From contig CBFHQW010000003.1 in NCBI GenBank assembly GCA_965658085.1, positions 1 through 36,558 on the forward strand: a DNA stretch of 36,558 bases, written 5' to 3'. The notes beneath the pieces were generated by a model, which was not told the origin of the DNA, searched no databases, and worked only from the letters and a program-made list of their open reading frames with translations. Each line of letters opens with the position of its first letter. Within the stretch, counting starts at the first letter, position 1. The stretch is from Candidatus Thalassarchaeum sp. (GTDB lineage: Archaea > Thermoplasmatota > Poseidoniia > Poseidoniales > Thalassarchaeaceae). Below are positions 16,923 to 24,758 of this stretch, one piece after another. The position numbers and the translations under genes are program-made.

Positions 16923-16955
16923 CACACTCCATTTATCCAAAAAGGTGGGAATCTG

Positions 16956-17972
16956 ATGCACGAAGTCGGCCTAATCGGCGGCACCTTCGACCGCTTCCAT
17001 GCCGGACACTTATCGCTGATGGAAGCCGGACTGTCTGAATGCTCCTCTATCGAGGCCTGGCTCACCGCAGATCGTATTGCTCTCTCGAAGGACCCGCGGG
17101 TGAATCCATGGGATACAAGGACTCTAGAAATGAAGGAGGCGTTGGGGGACGATGCTGGCAGAGTTAGGTTCCATGTTCTCGAAGATAACCATGGACCCGC
17201 ACCGGTGCATACTGATGCCACAGCGATTATCTGCACCGAAGAGACTCGCGCCGAGTGCGAGGAGATTAACCGATTGAGAGAAGGCAACGACCTGTCACCA
17301 CTACACATCATCAGCGTAGGACACGTACTCGCATGGGACGGTGAACCGATATCTAGCTCTAGGATTAGAGCAGGGGAAATCGACCGTAACGGAAAATCAT
17401 GGATTCCAAACTCGATTAGGACAGGCAGAGTTGTCCTGACATCTCAGGTCGAAGCAGAACTCAAAGAGCCCTTCGGTCAGTTAGTTCCTGGTCCTGAGGA
17501 CAATCTATCTGTTGCGATGACAGAAGTCCTCGCCCATGTCGAAGGTGAGCCAGGTCCAATCATCGCTGTCGGTGATGTGACAGTCCGCACTATGCAGGAC
17601 CTCAACCGACCAGCTGACATTGCTCTCATAGATGGACTCACTAGGAGGGAGCCATGGGAGGGTGCAGACGGAATTGACTCATCGTTGTATGATGGGACCC
17701 TGCAGTGTTCCAGTCCTGCTGGTTCCCTGACGCCTTCGCTACTGGAGGCCTGTGAGCGGGCAATGAAATCCTGGAAGGAAGGGCGATTGACCCACCTAAT
17801 TCAGGTTGAAGGTGAGGAAGATCTAGCCCCACTTATCTTACATCCACTGGCTCCCTTGGGTGCTGTTGTGCTATATGGCCAGCCGGGGAAAGGAGTCGTA
17901 GTCAGATGGTGTGGAGAGGACGCCAAACAGCGTTGTCGCAGACTGCTCAGAGAATTCATTCCCGCCGAATGA
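16956..17972 (+). CDS. Bifunctional CoA biosynthesis protein: archaeal phosphopantetheine adenylyltransferase (PPAT) fused to a DUF359-type GTP-dependent dephospho-CoA kinase (DPCK)
   Basis: The N-terminal half has GGTFDRFHAGHLSLMEAG and ISSSRIRAGEIDRNG (cytidylyltransferase fold, archaeal PPAT type). The C-terminal half has LKEPFGQL, IIAVGDVTVRTM, IALIDGLTRRE, VEGEEDLAPL and VVLYGQPGKGVVV. Those are the DUF359 signature as I recall it from the Thermococcus TK1697 family. Confidence 0.75.
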   Translation: MHEVGLIGGTFDRFHAGHLSLMEAGLSECSSIEAWLTADRIALSKDPRVNPWDTRTLEMKEALGDDAGRVRFHVLEDNHGPAPVHTDATAIICTEETRAECEEINRLREGNDLSPLHIISVGHVLAWDGEPISSSRIRAGEIDRNGKSWIPNSIRTGRVVLTSQVEAELKEPFGQLVPGPEDNLSVAMTEVLAHVEGEPGPIIAVGDVTVRTMQDLNRPADIALIDGLTRREPWEGADGIDSSLYDGTLQCSSPAGSLTPSLLEACERAMKSWKEGRLTHLIQVEGEEDLAPLILHPLAPLGAVVLYGQPGKGVVVRWCGEDAKQRCRRLLREFIPAE

Positions 17973-18503
17973 TTATGACTCGGAATCAGCCATTGTGTGG
18001 ATAGCTAAGCCGAAGCTCACCATCACGATCATTACAGCGTAAACTCCAGGATCCACCCAAGTTGTGTTCATCAAACTCCAATAGAGGTAGAATCCAACAC
18101 CGAGAGCGATGAGCCAACTTGCGATGGTGCGAGAGCCTACGTCAGGAGAGAATAGACTGGATACAATTACACCTTGGGGGATGCCACTGACCCAAGCAGG
18201 GAAGCCACCTTCAACAGCCTTGCCCATTCCCCTGGCACCTAGGACTAGGAGGACTATGCCTATCAGTCCGAAGACGATGTCATCTGTGACCACTTCAAAT
18301 CCGTCGTGGGCAATGTTCGAAGCAGCACTGTCACCAGCGATAAATCCAATCCACAAAACCTTGAATCCTGAGGAGTAGGCCCCCGAGAAGAGGTTGACTA
18401 CAGTCAGTAACATTACCCAGGCACCGAGCAAGACGGCGGCGCTGGACGCAGTGCTACTAGGTCTGGTCAGGGCACTGCCCCACTCGGATTCCTGCATGGA
18501 CAT
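17973..18503 (-). CDS. Hypothetical multi-pass membrane protein
   Basis: Four to five hydrophobic segments. I trimmed the track start (18605) to the ATG at 18503 (MSMQESEW) to remove overlap with the cdc6 3' end (stop at 18559). Confidence 0.5.
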   Translation of the reverse strand: MSMQESEWGSALTRPSSTASSAAVLLGAWVMLLTVVNLFSGAYSSGFKVLWIGFIAGDSAASNIAHDGFEVVTDDIVFGLIGIVLLVLGARGMGKAVEGGFPAWVSGIPQGVIVSSLFSPDVGSRTIASWLIALGVGFYLYWSLMNTTWVDPGVYAVMIVMVSFGLAIHTMADSES

Positions 18504-18558
18504 CGAGCCGGCGACCTTGCCCTTTGGTTTAACGATTGTCTGAGGGAAGAACAGCCTC

Positions 18559-19797
18559 TCAGAGTTGACTCTGTAGGTTGTATCTGCCGAGTGCGGCCTC
18601 GGCAATCATGGGTTCACTCTCACTCATTGTGGTGATGGCGTCCACCGCCTTGGGTATGGCCGAGTTGACCTGTTTGCTCCTTCCACCGCGGCCCTTGCTG
18701 ACGTTCCTAGCCATAATCAACCCGAGCGTATCGAGTTCGTTGAGCAGCGAAGATATTCTCCTAGGAGTGAGTGGCTCGACACTGATTTTCATGCATGCTT
18801 CGGTATAAGTCCGGTAAGTCTCTCCAGTGGAGATATTCCTCAGGCCATTATCTTCGTTCAGCCTGATTGAGAATAGTAACAACTTCTGGTGCAGGGGCAG
18901 AGTCTTCAGTACAGGAGTCACTTGGTCATACTCCAACTGACTCTGTGCCAGTCTGACGTGTCTTGGGTCCACAACCTTCTGAGCCCGCTGCTCCGCCTTC
19001 TGCACTGAGATGCGCAACAGGTCGAGCGCCCTGCGCGCGTCCCCGTGCTCCTGTGCGGCCAGTGCCGAACAGAGTTCAAGCACGCCAGAATCGAGGACTC
19101 CCTCGCGAAGACCGGTGCTAACGCGCTCGGTTAGGATGTCCTGAATCTCCGGAGCTCCGTAGGGGTGAAAGACGACATCCTCTTGACTGAGCCTCGAGCT
19201 GACTCGAGGGTCGAGTTGCTGAGTGAAGTGCAAATCGTTGCTGATTCCGACGAGACAGCAGCGGGCGTTTTTCAGAGAAGTGTTCAAGCTGGTCAGGTTG
19301 TACAGCAAACCATCTCCAGCTCTGGCCACGAGATTGTCGATTTCGTCCAATACTAGGATGTGCACCCCCCCCGCTCGATCCATCCTTTCAATCAGGACAT
19401 CGAGGACCCTGTCAGTGGGCCAGCCAGTGAATGGAATTGGAGTGTCTCCTCGTCGAGCGAGTTGGGAGGCGATGCTCTGGACGACGCGGTACTTGGTATC
19501 CACGACACGGCAGTTGATTTCGTAGGTCTCAACGCTTTGCCCCATCTCCTTGCCCTTGTCGAGAAGCTGCCCTAAGACGAATCTCGTGACCACAGTTTTG
19601 CCTGATCCTGGTACCCCATAGAGAAGCATGTTCGAAGGGATATGGCCATTCAAAGCATCAACCATATTGCGTACCAAGGCATCCACTTCGTGGTCTCTGT
19701 GGGGCAGGGTAGATGGCTCGAAGGCGTGATCGAACGCTCGCCTGTCAACGAAGAGACTATCTTGGCCGAGAATCTTTTCGAAAATGTTTCCTTCCAT
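18559..19797 (-). CDS. cdc6: Orc1/Cdc6 replication initiator
   Basis: 412 aa. Walker A is LLYGVPGSGKT and Walker B is ILVLDEID. Sensor regions are GDARRALDLLR. The C-terminal winged helix is LLNELDTLGLI...SKGRGGRSK. Confidence 0.95.
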   Translation of the reverse strand: MEGNIFEKILGQDSLFVDRRAFDHAFEPSTLPHRDHEVDALVRNMVDALNGHIPSNMLLYGVPGSGKTVVTRFVLGQLLDKGKEMGQSVETYEINCRVVDTKYRVVQSIASQLARRGDTPIPFTGWPTDRVLDVLIERMDRAGGVHILVLDEIDNLVARAGDGLLYNLTSLNTSLKNARCCLVGISNDLHFTQQLDPRVSSRLSQEDVVFHPYGAPEIQDILTERVSTGLREGVLDSGVLELCSALAAQEHGDARRALDLLRISVQKAEQRAQKVVDPRHVRLAQSQLEYDQVTPVLKTLPLHQKLLLFSIRLNEDNGLRNISTGETYRTYTEACMKISVEPLTPRRISSLLNELDTLGLIMARNVSKGRGGRSKQVNSAIPKAVDAITTMSESEPMIAEAALGRYNLQSQL

Positions 19798-20194
19798 TTT
19801 CTTTCACCCGGGGTCCAGTCGCGTATCCAGTCCCTCTCTTACTCTGGTTGAGTAGGTGTCGGCGAACGCGGATTCTTAGCGAGGGTGCAGGAGGTAATAA
19901 GACTGTCCGAGAAGAATGAAATTTTGGTTGATTATCATGCCCTCTAATGCCTCAGTATCATGCCCCTCTAACATTCACCTGAGATCTCGCTTAGTTGTAC
20001 TCAGTCAGGCTTTTTATCAATATAATTTCAGTGTATTTATTGCATCAAATTCACTCATTCATATATTTCCCCCACCCCTGCCAATATGGCAGGTAATCGA
20101 GCCTTCCGAGGACTCTCCAACAGCGACATCTGCCGCTATTTCTGGGAACTACCCTGAGGCTCAATGAAAGCTAATATAAAACAAGATAAATTAT
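19798..20194. other. Putative replication origin region adjacent to orc1/cdc6 (AT-rich unwinding element plus repeats)
   Basis: 397-nt non-coding spacer immediately upstream of cdc6. The AT-rich core is at about 20009-20070. A direct repeat TATCATGCC(C)CTCTAA occurs at 19933-19947 and 19956-19971. TCCAGTC occurs twice (19814-19820, 19826-19832). A hairpin CCTGCCA-ATA-TGGCAGG lies at 20077-20093, next to a C-run (G-run on the other strand). Confidence 0.45.
19933..19971 (+). repeat. Tandem direct repeat TATCATGCC(C)CTCTAA x2 (23-nt period)
   Basis: Read directly from the sequence. The two copies differ by one inserted C. Confidence 0.8.
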
Positions 20195-21010
20195 TCACGA
20201 ATTTCTTTGCAGAGATAACTCCCCGTCATCGCCTATATTCAGGTAGTCACCATCTTCGAGTTGGATAATCGAATCGGGCATATCAGGCATTCTAAAACCT
20301 ACTTCCACTCCAGTGGCGCTTGCAAAGTTATGAGTTACCAAGACCAGCGCGTGAGGATGCCTCTGGGCGAATGTAATTGCATCTGACGGAGTGTGGTGGT
20401 TGGGGCTGTCCACAAAGTCGGGGATACCCATCTCAAGTAGCACGACATCGGCATTCGGGGCCCGCTGCTCGATCCCTTCGCAAGGGCCCGAGTCTCCGCA
20501 GTGGAGGAGTCTGAATCCACTCGAGTGGACGAACTCGTAGCCATGGGGATCGGTCTCCGGAGTGTGACTCACAGGAAACCTTTCGAAACTCCAGTCAGTT
20601 CCCGCCAGTTCACCCGTCTCCGACTCTGACCAGTCGACTCCATCTCCTAGGGCGTCATCGAGACTCCCCGGGAATCCCGTTCTGCACAAGTCACTGAGTA
20701 GTTCTCTACCACCAGGTCTGAGGTGAACTCCCAATGCGTTCTCAGATTTGGGATCCGAGATGTACTTCCTCTCAAGCAATATGAATGGGAAGCCGAAGAT
20801 GTGATCGGCGTGCCAGTGGGTAATCATGAGGTGCTTGAGATTAGCGGGCGAGATATCGGCCCTCCGCAGCTGGACCAGCGCCGTCGGTGGAGCGTCTACT
20901 AGCACGCTGCCGTCCAGCAGTGCCATCGCGTGCATCCTACCTGGAGGTGAGAAGGCATTCCCTGTGCCGAGGAAGTCGATGCGCGCCACGAGCCGCGATG
21001 AGGGCACCAT
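20195..21010 (-). CDS. MBL-fold metallo-hydrolase
   Basis: 271 aa. It has the HxHxDH motif as ITHWHADHIFG, an N-terminal FLGTGNAF, and later HCGDSG and TH blocks. Confidence 0.8.
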   Translation of the reverse strand: MVPSSRLVARIDFLGTGNAFSPPGRMHAMALLDGSVLVDAPPTALVQLRRADISPANLKHLMITHWHADHIFGFPFILLERKYISDPKSENALGVHLRPGGRELLSDLCRTGFPGSLDDALGDGVDWSESETGELAGTDWSFERFPVSHTPETDPHGYEFVHSSGFRLLHCGDSGPCEGIEQRAPNADVVLLEMGIPDFVDSPNHHTPSDAITFAQRHPHALVLVTHNFASATGVEVGFRMPDMPDSIIQLEDGDYLNIGDDGELSLQRNS

Positions 21011-21116
21011 GACTTGACCTCATCGCCTTCCCTCTCTCTACGCTCACAGTACCCGTTCAGCATTTCTTCATAAACAGGTCGTGTCTCGCGGGGAACGAGC
21101 ATTCAGGAGGCTTGAC

Positions 21117-22397
21117 ATGTCGGATTGGAGCGCAAAGAATCCATACTCTTCTAATCTGAATGAGAACTACGTTCTCAATGGTAAGGGTTCGCTCAAGGAG
21201 ACTCGACACATTGTCTTTGATCTCGGTGACTCCGGTCTAGAGTACAAAGCCGGCGATGCACTGGGGGTGATTCCACGCTGCCCTCCTGAACTGGTAGGGG
21301 AGATTCTTACCACCTGTGGCTTCTCAGGTGAGGAAGAGGTCGAAACACATCTAGGGGCTTGCAGTTTGCGCGAGGCGCTCACTGACCGATACGAGATTCA
21401 TAGAATTTCAAAGAAGTGGATTGGGGGACTCGGTTCGAGACTGTCATCCAAATCGGGCAGCATCGAGATTCGAATCGTCCATCGGCAGCGAACTTCGTCA
21501 CAAGATGGCTCAGTAGTGATGGACTGGAGAGGGAGCGGAGTCGAAGATGACATTCCGGATGGATATGTCGAAATCGGTTCAGTCAGTGATCCTGCCGAGA
21601 CACTCTGGGCCGAACTAACAGAGGACCCCAAGGCAATGGAGGACTACATTTGGTCGCGTGACTACCTCGACGGCCTAGCAGACTTCGGGCACATCGGCTT
21701 TACTCCCCAGCAGCTCGTCGAGGACATGGACAGGCTCAAACCAAGACTCTATTCTATCGCCAGCAGCCCCGACTTTGAGCCGGGAACCGTTCACCTCACA
21801 GTCGCTATCGTCCGTTACAATCACCACGAGCGTGATCGGGCCGGGCTTTGCACTGGATTCATGGCCGACTACTGCGAGGTCGAGGAAACCGAGATTGGCG
21901 TATTCATGTCTCCGACTAGGTCATTCGTCCTGCCCGAGGACGGCTCGACAGACGTCATAATGGTAGGTCCGGGAACGGGAATCGCTCCATTCAGGGCCTT
22001 CCTGCAGCAACGTGAGATAGATGGCGCAAGCGGGCGCAACTGGCTGTTCTTCGGTGACTGGACTGAAGAGGGAGAGTACCTATATCGCGAGGAGATGGAG
22101 GCATGGAAGGATAGCGGACTTATCGATCGTCACGATCTAGCATGGTCCCGTGCAGGCTCGGAGAAGGTCTACGTCCAGCACCTGATGAAGCAGAACGGTG
22201 AGCAAATCTGGAATTGGATTGACGGCGGCGGATACTTCTATGTCTGTGGCGACAAGAACTACATGGCCAAAGACGTTCACACCACCCTCATAGAAATCTG
22301 CTCAGAGTTCGGTGGCATGTCAGAAGAACAGGCCAAGGAGTTCGTCGAGACTGGCCTGATGAAGACCGAGAAGCGATATCTCAGAGATGTCTACTGA
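21117..22397 (+). CDS. FNR-type FAD/NADPH oxidoreductase, CysJ / cytochrome-P450-reductase C-terminal-like (no flavodoxin domain)
   Basis: Motifs RLYSIASSP (FAD), GPGTGIAPFRAF (NADPH), YFYVCGD and a C-terminal RYLRDVY. I set the start at the ATG at 21117, preceded by AGGAGG at 21105-21110 (the track starts at the GTG at 21081). Confidence 0.8.
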   Translation: MSDWSAKNPYSSNLNENYVLNGKGSLKETRHIVFDLGDSGLEYKAGDALGVIPRCPPELVGEILTTCGFSGEEEVETHLGACSLREALTDRYEIHRISKKWIGGLGSRLSSKSGSIEIRIVHRQRTSSQDGSVVMDWRGSGVEDDIPDGYVEIGSVSDPAETLWAELTEDPKAMEDYIWSRDYLDGLADFGHIGFTPQQLVEDMDRLKPRLYSIASSPDFEPGTVHLTVAIVRYNHHERDRAGLCTGFMADYCEVEETEIGVFMSPTRSFVLPEDGSTDVIMVGPGTGIAPFRAFLQQREIDGASGRNWLFFGDWTEEGEYLYREEMEAWKDSGLIDRHDLAWSRAGSEKVYVQHLMKQNGEQIWNWIDGGGYFYVCGDKNYMAKDVHTTLIEICSEFGGMSEEQAKEFVETGLMKTEKRYLRDVY

Positions 22398-22447
22398 CCT
22401 CTACTGCTCCGCATTCCTCATACGGCGCACGCTAGGAGCGGTTCACC

Positions 22448-23791
22448 ATGTTCCGCCGAGTGCTCATCGCTAATCGCGGCGAAATCGCACTTCGCATACT
22501 CCGCTCTCTACGTTCATTGGGTGTCGAAGCCGTAGTCACCCACGGGCGAGATGACAGACTGACTCTCCCGGTCCGACTGGCTGATGAGGGTGTGTTCATC
22601 GCGCGCGATGATCCTCTGGCCTCCTACCTCGACATCGAAGCAGTTGTCTCCGCTGCCAAGGAGGTCGGTGCAGATGCAGTGCATCCAGGATACGGATTCC
22701 TAGCCGAGAATCCGACTCTAGCCGAGAGACTGGCTGAGGAAGACATAGCCTTCATCGGACCAAGTCCCAAGGTTCTCAGACTGCTTGGGGACAAGTTATC
22801 CGCTAGAGATGCGATGGTGAGAGCGGGCCTACCCGTTGCACAAGGTTCTGACAAGCCGATATCGGACGAGGAGGAAGCCCGGGTCATGGCTGAGGGCATC
22901 GGCTATCCAGTGATGATCAAGGCGGCGGCTGGTGGCGGAGGGATAGGCATGCAGATTGTAGAGTCTGCCGATGACTTCGAAACTGCACTGAGGCTCTGCC
23001 AAGGTCGCGCATTGTCGGCTTTCGGGGACGATAGGGTGTTCGTGGAGAAATACATCGAAGGGGCTCAACACATCGAATTTCAAGTGCTTGGCGACGGTTC
23101 CAAGGCTATTCATTTCGGCGAGAGGTTCTGCTCCATCCAAAGGAGGCATCAGAAAATCATCGAGGAGGGCCCTTGGCTATCTGAAGAAGTACGTGATGAG
23201 CTTGGTGCCAAGGTGGTAGCTGGTGCTGAGGCGGTGGGCTACAAGGGGTTAGCCACCTTCGAGTTCCTTCGAGATGCCAACGGTGAATTCTACTTTCTCG
23301 AGGTGAATCCAAGGGTGCAGGTAGAGCACACGGTCACAGAGATGATTGCTGGTGTCGATTTGGTTTCTCTTGGCATCAGAGTAGCGGCAGGAGAGGCACT
23401 CCCTCTCACACAGTCTGAGGTCAGCATCTCTGGACATGCCATCCAGACTAGGATAAACGCGGAGAATCCGTTCACTCTCGAACCTTCACCCGGACGCATT
23501 TGGGAGTGTCACTGGCCAGGCGGTCCTGGCGTGCGCGTAGATACGCATGCGCATACGGGGTATGACATGCCACCCTCCTTCGATTCCTTGTTAGCCAAGG
23601 TGATTGTATGGGCCCCTACTCGCAGCGAAGCCATAGCCAAGATGGATTCGGCCCTGAAGGAGACACTAATCATTGGTGTTGACACTCTAATACCACTTCA
23701 TCGTGCAATCCTCAATGAAACCGACTTCCGAAATAGAGAAGTCACAATCAGTTACCTCGACGAGCACCCGGGACTACTGGAAGGAGCGTGA
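22448..23791 (+). CDS. accC: Biotin carboxylase (acetyl/propionyl-CoA carboxylase subunit)
   Basis: 447 aa. Blocks VLIANRGEIALRILRS, HPGYGFLAEN, MIKAAAGGGGIGM and FLEVNPRVQVEHTVTE. Confidence 0.9.
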   Translation: MFRRVLIANRGEIALRILRSLRSLGVEAVVTHGRDDRLTLPVRLADEGVFIARDDPLASYLDIEAVVSAAKEVGADAVHPGYGFLAENPTLAERLAEEDIAFIGPSPKVLRLLGDKLSARDAMVRAGLPVAQGSDKPISDEEEARVMAEGIGYPVMIKAAAGGGGIGMQIVESADDFETALRLCQGRALSAFGDDRVFVEKYIEGAQHIEFQVLGDGSKAIHFGERFCSIQRRHQKIIEEGPWLSEEVRDELGAKVVAGAEAVGYKGLATFEFLRDANGEFYFLEVNPRVQVEHTVTEMIAGVDLVSLGIRVAAGEALPLTQSEVSISGHAIQTRINAENPFTLEPSPGRIWECHWPGGPGVRVDTHAHTGYDMPPSFDSLLAKVIVWAPTRSEAIAKMDSALKETLIIGVDTLIPLHRAILNETDFRNREVTISYLDEHPGLLEGA

Positions 23792-23795
23792 TTGC

Positions 23796-24758
23796 GTGGA
23801 GATGGTGATTGTTGGAAGCATCGGTTTCGATGACATCGACACACCTGAGGCGAGTGGCTCTGATCTTCTCGGAGGTGCCGCCACCCACGCCGGTATGGCT
23901 TCAGGATTTCACCTGCCTCCGACACCCCGAAAGCCACCGAGAATCGGACTGGTCAGCGCTGTCGGCACTGACTTCCCAGAGGAAGCTCAAGAGATACTCG
24001 AGGACACAGGACTAAACCTCGCAGGGGTGGTCCGAAGAGAAGGACGCACGTTCCGTTGGGCGGGACGTTACGAGGGTTCTATGGAAGAAGTGCAGACCAT
24101 ATCGACAGAGGTCAACGTGCTTGAGGATTTCAGGCCCGAGGTCCCCCCGTCTTGGCGCACTCCAGGTATCCTGTTCTGCGCCAACACGCACCCACGCACT
24201 CAGGTTTCGGTACTCGATCAGTGCCCGGGTGCGGCGGTAACCGCCCTAGATACGTTCATGCTTTGGATAGACACAGAGTTTGAATTGCTGTCGGAAGCCC
24301 TACGTAAGGTGGACATGGCCATCCTCAACGAAGAGGAGGTGTGCGCTCTAGCTGGAGAGGAGGTGCTTCACCGTGCAGTCGAAGCGATTCGCTCGGGCGC
24401 AGCGTTGTACGGGGGGCAAGCGGCCGGCCCCGGACCTCGGAGCATGGTCATCAAGCGCGGTGGTAGTGGCTCAGTAGCCTACCTGCCCTGCGGCACCATC
24501 ACGCTGCCTGCCTTCCCAACTGACGACCTAGTCGATCCGACAGGTGCCGGCGACTCGTTTGCCGGGGCCCTGCTGGCCAACATAATCGGCAGGAAGGGCG
24601 CCTTGAACCAGACAGAGACCATGCGTAACGCGCTAGTACATGCGACAGTGACTGCGTCTTTCACTATAGAGGGACTCGGGGCTTCCGCCCTCTATGGTCT
24701 CGAGAGAGGAAGGTACCACGCGAGGGCAGACAAGTACCGCAGAATGGTCGGGCTGTAA
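23796..24758 (+). CDS. PfkB-family carbohydrate/nucleoside kinase
   Basis: C-terminal DPTGAGDSFAGALL signature and N-terminal VGSIGFDD. I trimmed the start to the GTG at 23796 (the ATG at 23802 is also possible). That avoids the 89-nt overlap with accC implied by the track. Confidence 0.8.
   Translation: MEMVIVGSIGFDDIDTPEASGSDLLGGAATHAGMASGFHLPPTPRKPPRIGLVSAVGTDFPEEAQEILEDTGLNLAGVVRREGRTFRWAGRYEGSMEEVQTISTEVNVLEDFRPEVPPSWRTPGILFCANTHPRTQVSVLDQCPGAAVTALDTFMLWIDTEFELLSEALRKVDMAILNEEEVCALAGEEVLHRAVEAIRSGAALYGGQAAGPGPRSMVIKRGGSGSVAYLPCGTITLPAFPTDDLVDPTGAGDSFAGALLANIIGRKGALNQTETMRNALVHATVTASFTIEGLGASALYGLERGRYHARADKYRRMVGL

Noticed and set aside
16596-16932. 96-aa plus-strand and 97-aa minus-strand ORFs in the gap between the 873-aa gene and the PPAT-DPCK gene
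   Set aside because: They overlap each other almost completely. They are basic and Cys/His/Trp-rich, unlike the acidic proteome, and lack SD-like sites. The DNA shows extensive long-range base-pairing that is better explained by a structured RNA.
16600-16940. RNase P RNA as the identity of the structured region
   Set aside because: Neither strand contains the universally conserved CR-I GGAAAGUCC-type P4 sequence. The resemblance of CAAGAACCCCUCGGUCAG (minus strand) to the bacterial CR-V/P1 region is short and unsupported by a matching P4 partner.
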